Of a DNA stretch of 36,714 nucleotides, positions 18,529 through 27,924 are shown one piece after another. The notes below the pieces were generated by a model, which did not search any database, was not told the DNA's origin, and saw nothing but the letters and a program-made list of their open reading frames with translations. The position numbers were made by a program, and so were the translations under genes. The stretch's first letter is position 1. Every line of letters begins with the position of its first letter. Origin of the DNA: an uncultured archaeon (lineage in GTDB: Archaea; Aenigmatarchaeota; Aenigmatarchaeia; CG10238-14); contig CAYMPD010000011.1 of NCBI GenBank assembly GCA_964392445.1, positions 1-36,714 of the forward strand, given 5' to 3'.

Positions 18529-19694
18529 TCTACCAATTCCTCATAAACATTTAACATTTGATTAGCTATATTCTCCCAATTAAAACTTTCTTCAGTTGCT
18601 TTTCTACCATTTTCACCCATCCATCTGGCCTTATCAAAATCAGAAAACACGCTATTAATTCCCCATTTTAGAGAATTAGGATTATTGTAGACCTTTAGCC
18701 CTGTAACATCGTGCCAGACCAATTCACCCGAACCAGTTCCATGCATGGCTACAACTGGTTTTCTAGAAGCCCAACTTTCAAGTATAATCATCCCAAATGG
18801 CTGATTTCGACTTGGGTCACATAATACATCTGATGCTTTGAAAAGTTCTTCTTTCCTTCTTTGGTCAGATATCCATCCTGTGAATCTGGCCGCATGGCCC
18901 ACTCCAAGCTGATTGACCCGATTTTCCAGATGTTCTTTCATGTCACCATCCCCAACAAAAACGAATTTGGAACTTGGATTATCTCTTAATATGGCAGGAA
19001 TACTTTCGACCAAAATATCAGGACCTTTCATATGGGTTATCCTTCCAATAAAGAGAACAGTCGGATCCATAGGTCCTATCTCTAAACTTTCTTTAACTTT
19101 GCCAACATCAATATGATTATTATAATTATTTGGATGTATTCCATTATGAACTACCCTCATTTTTTCTCCCGGTACTCTATGTAGCCATTGGACTTCTTTT
19201 TTCATTGTATTAGTACAAGTTGTTACTATATTTGCAACATAACTTCCATACCATTCCAAATTACGGATAGATTGTGCTATTCCATTATGAAATTTATTAC
19301 CATCTCTTCCAAATTGGCTTGAATGGCAAGTCCATACAACCTTTCTCCCTCTTTCTTGTTTTATTTTATCTAACGCAGGAACAACATGCCAATCATGACC
19401 ATGGGCTATATCAAATTTCCCAGAATAGTCCTCACAATTAAAGAAGGCATTAGCCATAGAACTGCACATATTATGCATCTCTCGAAATAACTCTGGGCTA
19501 AATGCGAATGGGCATCTATGATAGTGAACTCCATCTATTCTTTCATAATTAGTTTGCCCAGAACCAACTCTTGTAAATACATGAACCTCATGTCCCTCTC
19601 TCTCTTGAGCTGCAGCAAGTTCAGTGACAACAGGAGATATACCTCCCACATGAACAGAATGAAGAGATTCCCACGAAAAATGTGCTATCCTGAT
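18525..19694 (-). CDS. GT4 glycosyltransferase (no canonical start codon; E-to-Q in EX7E motif)
   Basis: Frame is open upstream of GTG 19649 and encodes IRIAHFSWESLHSVHVGG. HGHDW, NGI, FIGR..KG, PSRNQPFGMIILE. Start placed at ATC 19694 by inference. Confidence 0.75.
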   Translation of the reverse strand: MRIAHFSWESLHSVHVGGISPVVTELAAAQEREGHEVHVFTRVGSGQTNYERIDGVHYHRCPFAFSPELFREMHNMCSSMANAFFNCEDYSGKFDIAHGHDWHVVPALDKIKQERGRKVVWTCHSSQFGRDGNKFHNGIAQSIRNLEWYGSYVANIVTTCTNTMKKEVQWLHRVPGEKMRVVHNGIHPNNYNNHIDVGKVKESLEIGPMDPTVLFIGRITHMKGPDILVESIPAILRDNPSSKFVFVGDGDMKEHLENRVNQLGVGHAARFTGWISDQRRKEELFKASDVLCDPSRNQPFGMIILESWASRKPVVAMHGTGSGELVWHDVTGLKVYNNPNSLKWGINSVFSDFDKARWMGENGRKATEESFNWENIANQMLNVYEELVE

Positions 19695-19741
19695 TTCAGT
19701 CGCCTCTATCTACTATTGATTTTACCCGTAATTAAATTTTC

Positions 19742-21010
19742 CTATTTAATGGAAAATTCCAAATCTTGTATTTTTTTCCCTAGAGTCTCAAGTGTTTTTC
19801 TAGCCTGATTAAACCAAAATTCTGTACCCCAGTAAGTATAACAACTGGTTTCTACGGCAAGTAAATAATATTTTGTTGTTTTGTACTTTTTTCTGATCAC
19901 TTCGTTCGCTTCAATCGATTTAATTTTCTCTTTTATTCTATGAAAGCTTCTACTCAATTTGAGAATTTTTTTATTAATTTCACGTCTTTTATCCCCTTCT
20001 TCCCAATTTCTGTGCCCACCAATCCAAGAACTACCCTCTTCGGTTATCTCAACTTCAGATTCTATATTTGGATAATATTCTTGAAGGAATTCCGAAACGG
20101 TCAAAGAGGAAACTCTATCATCAATCTTTTCTTTAAAAAATATTTCAAACGTTTCAGGGAAAAACTGATTCATCATAGTATTACCATTTTCCCCATCAGA
20201 CGCTGGAACAACTAAGGCTGGTTTATCACTTACTTTACCAAAAATACCTGAAGCTAACAGAGATTTCTCATAAACACCCGAAGCATCGCATCCTGCTTGC
20301 TGATCAATGAAATTATGTTTAACTCGGAATATAACTGGTATTGATTCTTTTTCCACTTTTAATAAATGAGGTTGACTTGCTTTTATCACCCTTTCTTCAA
20401 ATCCCATTTGCTTCTCATTTTTCAAAGCTTCTAAGGGGAGTATCAACCACTCATATCCGAATTCCTTTACCATTCTAATAAGATGCTCTAGTTTATCTTC
20501 TTCACCAGGAACGCCCATTTCAGGTAGCCAAAAACCTTTGACATTTTCTAGATTTTTTTCCCCAAATAAATCCTCAAAGGTATTTCTCCACTCCTCTATT
20601 TGAAACCCCCAGTCTTGTTCAGGGGTTACGGGAAAATAACAATGTGAGTATGCTGTCCCAGCGAATTCAATTGATTTAGGATATTTTTTCATAACCTCTT
20701 TGTAAAATTTAATTATATCCCCTATATTTTCCCCTTTAACCTCTATTTTATTTAATTGATTTTTTATTTTGTTCAAATTTTCTAATAGTAATCCGGAAAA
20801 ATCTAGCATTATTTTAGCAGAATGGTTTTCACTCCTTAATTTCTCGACATATTTAGCAGGATTTTTATAGGCTCTTATCATCAACTTTGCTTCCCAGACT
20901 TCTTTATCATCGCTTGAACCCAGCATCTTCTCAAGATTTCCCACTAATTTACCGTTTTTCCAAACTAATGGTTGGTGCATATGCAACCAGGAAACATAAA
21001 CTGAATTCAT
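19742..21010 (-). CDS. GH57 glycoside hydrolase (no. 2)
   Basis: LHMHQP, GTAYSH, GFWLPEMG, SDGENG, SSW, ETSCY. Confidence 0.85.
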   Translation of the reverse strand: MNSVYVSWLHMHQPLVWKNGKLVGNLEKMLGSSDDKEVWEAKLMIRAYKNPAKYVEKLRSENHSAKIMLDFSGLLLENLNKIKNQLNKIEVKGENIGDIIKFYKEVMKKYPKSIEFAGTAYSHCYFPVTPEQDWGFQIEEWRNTFEDLFGEKNLENVKGFWLPEMGVPGEEDKLEHLIRMVKEFGYEWLILPLEALKNEKQMGFEERVIKASQPHLLKVEKESIPVIFRVKHNFIDQQAGCDASGVYEKSLLASGIFGKVSDKPALVVPASDGENGNTMMNQFFPETFEIFFKEKIDDRVSSLTVSEFLQEYYPNIESEVEITEEGSSWIGGHRNWEEGDKRREINKKILKLSRSFHRIKEKIKSIEANEVIRKKYKTTKYYLLAVETSCYTYWGTEFWFNQARKTLETLGKKIQDLEFSIK

Positions 21011-21056
21011 GGTAAATAATTTCTTTTAGGAAGATAATAATTTACTTGTGGAATAA

Positions 21057-22205
21057 ATGTGTTTATTTAAAAAATTTTCAAAAAAACCTACTGATTCAAA
21101 GAATATGAAACAAGAGATAGGAGATCAGGGATTATCGATTAAACTAACAATTGAAAAGGAACTAGAAAATATCAAGGAAATTTCAAAAAAAGTAAAGAAA
21201 TCGGGTAAATTCATTTTCTCGGGTTGTGGAGATAAATACATAGTTCCTTTAGCTTCAGAATATTTGTGGAAAAATATTTCAAAAAAACCATTAGATGTTC
21301 TTCAATCCTGGACATTGAAGAATTACCCACCAAAATATCTTGATAAAAATACTTGTATAGTCCTCGTGAGCCAATCTGGTACAACTTATGATACGGTTGA
21401 AGTTTGTGAACTTGCTATTGAAAAAGGTTGTAATGTAGTCGCTTTAACAAATCTTAAGGAAGACAAGGATGGTAGTTTAGTTGAATTATGCGAAGATTAT
21501 GAAAAAGGTTATGTTATGAGGATGCATACTAAAAGCTATCCAGAAAGATCCTTACCTAGTACAGGTTCTTTTCACTCATCACTCGCAGTTTTAAATTTAT
21601 TCACACTCTTTGTCAATGGTAGCCCCGACGAATTTCTTCATTTACAAACTAATTATATCCCAAAAATTGTTCATGAATTAAGTACTTTAGATGGAATTAA
21701 AAAGTGGGCTGGAGAATATTCCCAAAAGTTGAGAAAATTCGATAATTTTTATGTGGTCGGTGATGGTCCGAGATATACTGTTGCAAGAAAACAAGCAAGA
21801 ATAATGATGATGGAGGGAGTTAAAACTAACGCATGTGATGTTGAAGGTGAAGAATTCGTACATAGTCTTATTGAAACGCTTGAATCCAAATCAAATCCTC
21901 TAATTTTACTTAAACCTTTAATTGATTGGAAAGATTCGTTTCAGGTTTTTAAAATGGTTAAGAAATTCTGGGGAAAATATTCTGATAAAAATATGGTTGT
22001 TATAATTGATCCTTTCCGATACTTGGGTGCGAAATCAAGACAATTGTTTTCAGGTATAGAAGGAAATATTTTATCTCCATTTTTGTATGCCCCCCAGCTC
22101 GAATGGTTGAGTTATTATCTCGCCTTAGAAAAAGGGATGGATCCAAGTATTGGTACTTTAGTTAAAAAAGTTAGAAGTGAAGCGGAGATAAAAAGTTTGA
22201 TATGA
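21057..22205 (+). CDS. Double-SIS-domain sugar-phosphate isomerase/deaminase family protein
   Basis: FSGCGD, VSQSGTT.DT, ALTN, PST.SF, second SIS VGDGP..E..EEF.H. No glutaminase domain. Start may be ATG 21105. Confidence 0.8.
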   Translation: MCLFKKFSKKPTDSKNMKQEIGDQGLSIKLTIEKELENIKEISKKVKKSGKFIFSGCGDKYIVPLASEYLWKNISKKPLDVLQSWTLKNYPPKYLDKNTCIVLVSQSGTTYDTVEVCELAIEKGCNVVALTNLKEDKDGSLVELCEDYEKGYVMRMHTKSYPERSLPSTGSFHSSLAVLNLFTLFVNGSPDEFLHLQTNYIPKIVHELSTLDGIKKWAGEYSQKLRKFDNFYVVGDGPRYTVARKQARIMMMEGVKTNACDVEGEEFVHSLIETLESKSNPLILLKPLIDWKDSFQVFKMVKKFWGKYSDKNMVVIIDPFRYLGAKSRQLFSGIEGNILSPFLYAPQLEWLSYYLALEKGMDPSIGTLVKKVRSEAEIKSLI

Positions 22206-22250
22206 GAACCTTTATTTAATGATAAAACGATAATATGGTTTAGATTTATT

Positions 22251-23717
22251 ATGCCTTCAGTAGTATTGTGTTTTGAAGTTCATCAGCCCTTTAGAGTTAA
22301 CCATTTCTCGGTCAATGGATGTAGTCTAACACAAGAGAAATACTTTGATCAGTTCTTTAACAAAAATCTTAACAAGTTCATATTCGATCGGGCATCTAGG
22401 AAATGTTATCTACCTACAACCGACACAATTCTAGAGTTGGTAGATACATTCAAAAAAGAGAAAAGAAAATTCAAATGTGCATTTAATCTTTCTGGGGTCT
22501 GGTTAGAACAATGTGAAAAATGGCAACCAGATTTATTAGAGAATTTCAAACAGTTATCAGAATCTGGCATGGTTGAATTTCTGGGAAGTACTTACTTCCA
22601 TTCTCTTGCCGGATTGTTTAAGAATCACGATGAATTTAGGGAGCAGATAAAAATGCAGACTCGAGCAATTAAAGATTATCTAGGTCACAAGCCAAGGAAC
22701 TTTGTAAACACCGAAATGTTGTATAATAACCTGATTGCAAAAACAGCTGAAGAGCTAAAATTCAAATCAATATTTACTGAGGGAACTGAGAGGGTACTTG
22801 ATTGGAGATCCCCAAATTATATATATGCTAGAGGACCCGTTAAAGAAAATGATAAACCTCTTAAAAAAAGAATAAAAGTTCTAACAAGGAATTACAGATT
22901 AAGTGATGACATCGGTTATAGGTTTTCTTCACGAGATTGGAATGAATGGCCTTTAACTGCTGAAAAATATTCTGTTTGGTTATCTGCTACTAATGGACAA
23001 TATATTAACATTTTCATGGACTTCGAAACATTCGGGGAACATCAACCTGATGATTCAGGAATATTCTTTTTCCTGAAGGCTTTACCTTGGAAAATTTTTG
23101 AATGGAAAAATCTTGATTTTAAATTACCATCGGAAATTGTAAAAGAAAAGGATCCTGTTGCTGAATTAGATGTACATGAGAATAATACGGTTTCATGGGC
23201 AGATATGGAAAGGGATAATTCTGCCTGGCTTGGAAACTCGATGCAAAAGATGGCTTTCGAAGAACTGGTGAATGTGGAATCTTTGGTAAAACAAAATGGT
23301 AATAAATTACTGAGGTTTTGGAGGCTTTTGCAACAGAGTGATCATTTCTATTATATGTGTACTAAGAGGTGGGAAGACGGGGATGTTCACCATTATTTCT
23401 CGCCATTTTCAACTCCCCATGACGGTTTCATTAGTATGATTTCTGGAATTTCTGATATAAAGGTAAAACTTGCTAAGGAGTTAGGAAAAAATGAAGTGCT
23501 TAATGGGAAGAAGAAAAAGAGTTTGAAGAAAGTAAGTAAAGGTAAGAAAAGAATATCCAAGGTAAAAAAAGAAGTAGAAGATTTGAAAAAAATTAAAACA
23601 CCCTTAAAACCCAGATCTGAGATTGATTTCATCATGAACGAAAAAGTAGCTTATCCTACAACCAAAATTGAAAAGGAAAAATTAGAGAGAATTTCACAAG
23701 ATTTTAAAAGACGATAG
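22251..23717 (+). CDS. GH57 alpha-amylase-type hydrolase (no. 3) with Lys-rich C-terminal tail
   Basis: FEVHQP, TYFHSL, NTEMLY, MDFETFGEHQ, SWAD.ERD.SAWLGN.MQ, SDHFYYMCTK. Confidence 0.9.
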   Translation: MPSVVLCFEVHQPFRVNHFSVNGCSLTQEKYFDQFFNKNLNKFIFDRASRKCYLPTTDTILELVDTFKKEKRKFKCAFNLSGVWLEQCEKWQPDLLENFKQLSESGMVEFLGSTYFHSLAGLFKNHDEFREQIKMQTRAIKDYLGHKPRNFVNTEMLYNNLIAKTAEELKFKSIFTEGTERVLDWRSPNYIYARGPVKENDKPLKKRIKVLTRNYRLSDDIGYRFSSRDWNEWPLTAEKYSVWLSATNGQYINIFMDFETFGEHQPDDSGIFFFLKALPWKIFEWKNLDFKLPSEIVKEKDPVAELDVHENNTVSWADMERDNSAWLGNSMQKMAFEELVNVESLVKQNGNKLLRFWRLLQQSDHFYYMCTKRWEDGDVHHYFSPFSTPHDGFISMISGISDIKVKLAKELGKNEVLNGKKKKSLKKVSKGKKRISKVKKEVEDLKKIKTPLKPRSEIDFIMNEKVAYPTTKIEKEKLERISQDFKRR

Positions 23718-23718
23718 A

Positions 23719-25956
23719 TTATAATTTTCTTAACTTTCCAATCAAACCTTTCTCAGATTCAGCAACAATTCTTCTAGTCTTATCTACGACATCAGGGTTA
23801 ACTGAAATGCTAGTAATACCCCACTTGACTAACTTTCTCGTTAACTCGGGATAAAAACTGGGGGCCTGACCACAAATAGAACTAGTAATGCCATTTTTCT
23901 TACAAGCCTTAACAACACGTTTAATACACCATAATACCGCAGGATCCTGTTCATAGAACCATCTTTTCATCGTTCTAGAATCCCTGTCAGTAGCAAGAAC
24001 GAATTGTGTTAAGTCATTTGTTCCGATTGAAATGCCGTCTATGCCCTCTTTTATAAAATCTTCAATGAGTATAGCAGAGGAAGGAACTTCGACCATTATC
24101 CATAACTTGAATTTTTTATCTTCTAGAAGCCCCGCATGCCTAATCAACATTTTAATTTGTTTTAATTCCCAAGTTGTTCTCACAAATGGTATCATTAACC
24201 ATAGATTATCGTAACCTTCATCTCTTACTTTTTTGATTGTCTCAAGTTCTAACTTAAAGAGTTTTGATTCTGTGATATAACGGGAAGCTCCCCTCCAACC
24301 TAACATTGGGTTTGACTCTTTGGGTTCGTATTTCTTACCTCCTTCAAGATTAGCATATTCATTTGTTTTTAGATCAAGTGAGCGATAAACGACGGGTCTT
24401 GGGTGGAAAGTCTTCGCAACTTTCTTGATTCTTTTTGAAAATTCTTTTACTATCTTTTCTTCATCCCCCTTCTCGATTAAATAGTTAGGATGTTTTCCTA
24501 ATTCTGCGACCATAAATTCTGCACGTAAGAGACCAATACCATCACAATTGACGTTCTTGTATTTTTTAGCAAGGTTTGATTGACCCAGATTCATGTAGAT
24601 TTTTGTTTTGGTTTTAACATTTTTTGTTTGAGTCTTTTTCTTTGATTTTGCGGGAAATTTACCCAGATAAACTAGTCCGTCATCGCCGTCTATTGTTATA
24701 ACATTACCATTTTTCAACTTCTTTGTCGCTTTTCCAGTACCAACCACGCAAGGAATTCCAAGTTCTCGAGCAACAACAGAAGTATGAGATGTTTTACCTC
24801 CTTCATCTGTAATAAGTGCTGAAATTTTTCCCATGGCTGGAATATAATCGGGATTTGTCATCTTTGCGACAAGAACATCACCATTTTTTATTTTATCCAA
24901 TTCATGGGGATCTTTTATTATTTTAACCTTCCCAGAAACAACCCCTGGTGAAGCGGGTATTCCCTTTATTATTGGTTTTTCCTTAGTTGCAACATCCTCT
25001 CCTTCTTCTTTTTTATAAACGACATTAATAGGTCTTGATTGTATCAAATAAAGTTTACCGTCTTCGATGGACCATTCAAAATCTCGAGAACCTTGATAAT
25101 ATTTTTCTAACTTCAATGCTAGGTTGTATAGTTGATTTAGTTGGTAATCACTTATGACCTCTTTCTTTTGTTTACTTTTAGGTACTTTTTCAGTTTTTAA
25201 TCCACCTTTTTTACTAATTATTTTCATCTTAGCTTTTGTTTTAATTTTTTTATCAATAATTTCACCGGTTCTCTTATCAATTACATATCTATCTGGGGTT
25301 ACATATCCTGATGTTATGCCTTGACACTGCCCCCAAGAAGATTCTATTATAATGTTATTCTTCCCAGATGAGGGATCTACAGTAAAGCCAAGCCCAGATT
25401 TGTCTGAATTTAATTGTTTTTGTACTACTACAGCAACTGAAACTTTTCTATGACTCATTTTCTGTTTTTTCCGATAGAATATTGACCTTGCTGTGAAAAG
25501 AGATGACCAGCACTTTTTAACTGATTTGATGACTTCATCTTCGCCTTTAACATTAAGAATAGAACTAGCTCCAGGTAAATCCTCTATTGTTGAAGAGCTT
25601 CTAACAGCAACCCACTCGGATTTTTTTCCGAATTCTTTTGACAATTTTTTATAAGAAGAGATGATTTCATTTTTTATTCGATGAGGTACTTCTGTTTTTT
25701 CTATTAATTCAAGGATTTTATCTGAACTCTCCTTTAATTGATCGGAATCGTTAATGTCGGTTTTTTTCAGGATATCAAATATTGCAACTTTAATCTGAGT
25801 TTTTTCGAGGAAATATTTGTAAGCCTTAGTATTGATAACAAAAGCATTGGGAACGGGTAAATCCATATTATACATTTCTGCTAGATTTTCCCCTTTTAAC
25901 CCTACTTTTGATGAACTTTTCTTTGGGATTTCTTTTAAAAATTTTACAAATCTCAT
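23719..25956 (-). CDS. ppsA: Phosphoenolpyruvate synthase-like protein
   Basis: His domain TDEGGKTSH..VARELGIPCVVG; PEP domain GLLRAEF, NPMLGWRG, MVEVPS, SIGTNDLTQ, ICGQ. True start is MRFVKF at 25956; the ORF-track extension overlaps the divergent gene. Confidence 0.88.
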   Translation of the reverse strand: MRFVKFLKEIPKKSSSKVGLKGENLAEMYNMDLPVPNAFVINTKAYKYFLEKTQIKVAIFDILKKTDINDSDQLKESSDKILELIEKTEVPHRIKNEIISSYKKLSKEFGKKSEWVAVRSSSTIEDLPGASSILNVKGEDEVIKSVKKCWSSLFTARSIFYRKKQKMSHRKVSVAVVVQKQLNSDKSGLGFTVDPSSGKNNIIIESSWGQCQGITSGYVTPDRYVIDKRTGEIIDKKIKTKAKMKIISKKGGLKTEKVPKSKQKKEVISDYQLNQLYNLALKLEKYYQGSRDFEWSIEDGKLYLIQSRPINVVYKKEEGEDVATKEKPIIKGIPASPGVVSGKVKIIKDPHELDKIKNGDVLVAKMTNPDYIPAMGKISALITDEGGKTSHTSVVARELGIPCVVGTGKATKKLKNGNVITIDGDDGLVYLGKFPAKSKKKTQTKNVKTKTKIYMNLGQSNLAKKYKNVNCDGIGLLRAEFMVAELGKHPNYLIEKGDEEKIVKEFSKRIKKVAKTFHPRPVVYRSLDLKTNEYANLEGGKKYEPKESNPMLGWRGASRYITESKLFKLELETIKKVRDEGYDNLWLMIPFVRTTWELKQIKMLIRHAGLLEDKKFKLWIMVEVPSSAILIEDFIKEGIDGISIGTNDLTQFVLATDRDSRTMKRWFYEQDPAVLWCIKRVVKACKKNGITSSICGQAPSFYPELTRKLVKWGITSISVNPDVVDKTRRIVAESEKGLIGKLRKL

Positions 25957-26053
25957 ATTACATTCCTTAATTAATTTAGTATTACATAGAAAATAGTTTT
26001 TCGTAAGATTTTTCTTTAAGTTCTCAAAAATATTAATTATTAGTTGATTGGTT

Positions 26054-27001
26054 ATGGATGTTGCTGTAATCGGCTCTGCTATGCTTGACACTATTATTTA
26101 CACGAACAGACTGAAGAAGTTCAAATTAAGGAGAAAACAGTATTTAGGCTTCCCATATTCCTCAAAAACAGAAATTGAGAATCTAAGGTTCGATGTCGGT
26201 GGTTCTGGTCATAATATTGCTGTTGGTCTTTCAAAATTGGGAAATAAAGTAAATTTCATCGGTAGAATAGGTGATGATCCAAATGGTGAAATGATACTTA
26301 CTAATTTCAAATCTGAAGGGGTTGATACGACTTATCTTAAGAAAGATGAGGACAAAATGACAGGATTTTCTCAAATATTCATAACACCTGATGGGGAGAA
26401 GAGCTTATTGACGTATAGAGGTGCTAATAACAGTTTAATCCCAGAAGATATACCAGACTCAATTGAAAATGTCAAATGGTTTGTTTTCACTACTGTAACA
26501 AGTGATCAGACAGTTAAAGCTGTGAAAAAATCGGTGGAATTAGTTAAAAGAAGTGGTGGTAAAATATTAGCAAATCCTAGTATAACTATGGTAAGACACA
26601 GGAAAAGAGAATTAATGAATCTGATAAGAAATTCAGATATAGCTATTATGAACAAGGAAGAAGCTTGTGAATTAACTGGTACAAGAAATGAGAAGAAAGG
26701 GTTAAAAAAACTATTAGAATTAGGAGTTAAATCGGCTGTTGTTACTTTGGGAAAAAATGGAATAATAGGTTCTGACGTAGAAAATAGTTACAAACAGAAA
26801 CCTTACAGGGTTAAAATTAGAGATACAACAGGCGCAGGAGATGGTTTTACTGCAGGATTTTTACATTGGTTGATGAAAACTGGTTCATTCAAAGAGTCAT
26901 TGATGTTTGGTAATGCTACTGCCGCATTGAATATCGAAAGTGTTGGTGCAACGAAAAACTTACCTTCTGAAAAAGATATAATTAATTTGATGGGAAGATG
27001 A
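26054..27001 (+). CDS. PfkB-family carbohydrate kinase (no. 2)
   Basis: GGSGHNIAVGLSKLG, IGRIGDD, VTLG.NG, DTTGAGDGF, GNATAA. Confidence 0.9.
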   Translation: MDVAVIGSAMLDTIIYTNRLKKFKLRRKQYLGFPYSSKTEIENLRFDVGGSGHNIAVGLSKLGNKVNFIGRIGDDPNGEMILTNFKSEGVDTTYLKKDEDKMTGFSQIFITPDGEKSLLTYRGANNSLIPEDIPDSIENVKWFVFTTVTSDQTVKAVKKSVELVKRSGGKILANPSITMVRHRKRELMNLIRNSDIAIMNKEEACELTGTRNEKKGLKKLLELGVKSAVVTLGKNGIIGSDVENSYKQKPYRVKIRDTTGAGDGFTAGFLHWLMKTGSFKESLMFGNATAALNIESVGATKNLPSEKDIINLMGR

Positions 27002-27125
27002 TAAAGTATCTTTCATTTTTCCCAGATCAAATAAAATCAAATATTTTCTATCTTTAGTGTAACGAATTTTTTTCGAATCTTAATTATATAATCGTAATTC
27101 AAAATCCGAAAATATAATTTCCTTT

Positions 27126-27187
27126 TAGGGGGTGGGAATGAGCGAGTGCTGAAAGCACACAGGGAAAAATAACAAAACCACAAACTA
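27126..27187 (+). repeat. GC-rich motif element, left flank of HEPN/MNT
   Basis: TAGGGGG..GAGCGA-GTGCT-GAA-AGCAC (5-bp hairpin)..AACAAAACCACAAACTA. Confidence 0.55.
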
Positions 27188-27194
27188 TTGAATT

Positions 27195-27521
27195 TTAAAC
27201 TTCTATACCTTCCTCTAATGCTTGTCTAACTATCGTGACTTCATTCTTCATTTTTTCAAATTCTTTTGGTGTATAGCAGATAAAATCGACAGGGAAATCC
27301 TTTTCTTGTTCCACATGCCATTCCCATGAAAGTTTTGACATAAATTTACTTTTTTTCCTTATTTTATTGGAAATTACTAACAAGTCTATATCACTCCACT
27401 TATGAGTTCTTCCAGTCGCAAAAGATCCGAATAGAATAATTCTCTCTATACCAAATTTCTTAGCAATTCTTTTTTTGAAATCCTTCACAAGTTCTAAAGC
27501 TTCAGATTCTTTTCTACCCAT
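27195..27521 (-). CDS. Minimal nucleotidyltransferase (MNT)
   Basis: LFGSFATG..SDIDLLVI (GS-x10-DxD), VDFI..TP.EF. Confidence 0.92.
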   Translation of the reverse strand: MGRKESEALELVKDFKKRIAKKFGIERIILFGSFATGRTHKWSDIDLLVISNKIRKKSKFMSKLSWEWHVEQEKDFPVDFICYTPKEFEKMKNEVTIVRQALEEGIEV

Positions 27522-27859
27522 TTTTTCACCTTTTCACCCTTATTGATTATTTCTCTTGCTGTTTTCTTATTTATCTCTTCTTCCATATCAGGATATCTTG
27601 AAATCGTATAAAAAGGGCTGATGTCTTTACAAGAAGTCAAAATTTCCTTTGGTGCGTTAAGTTTTTTAGCAATACTCAACAAGTCATGAATTTTATCAAA
27701 ATCATCTGATTTTTCTATTTGTAAAGCTTTTAGAGATTTTTCAACAGACTGTTGAACTAAAAAAGTGACTAACTCATAATTTTTTCCATCAAAATTATAT
27801 TCTGCATTTTCCAGATCTTCTATCGCCTTATCAAACCATTTTTTAGACTCTTGTTTCAT
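27494..27859 (-). CDS. HEPN domain protein
   Basis: A.EDL..A, QQSVEK.LKAL, HDL, SRYPD; overlaps the MNT start. Confidence 0.9.
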   Translation of the reverse strand: MKQESKKWFDKAIEDLENAEYNFDGKNYELVTFLVQQSVEKSLKALQIEKSDDFDKIHDLLSIAKKLNAPKEILTSCKDISPFYTISRYPDMEEEINKKTAREIINKGEKVKKWVEKNLKL

Positions 27860-27924
27860 TTTAACCCTTGATATTAATTTCTCTGTTATTGTTTTATAGT
27901 TTTATAATATGATTTCTTTTCTTA

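Noticed and set aside
25957-26091. 45-aa N-terminal extension of PpsA
   Set aside because: Covers the AT-rich divergent promoter and overlaps the pfkB start; homology begins at MRFVKF.
27063-27075. CGAA-T5-TTCG as a Ptr2/Lrp operator
   Set aside because: Spacing differs from the Ptr2 consensus as I recall it, and it lies far from the regulator's operon.
27195-27859. HEPN/MNT as a proven RNase toxin-antitoxin
   Set aside because: No clear R-x4-6-H RNase motif in the HEPN; the family pairing is supported, toxicity is not.
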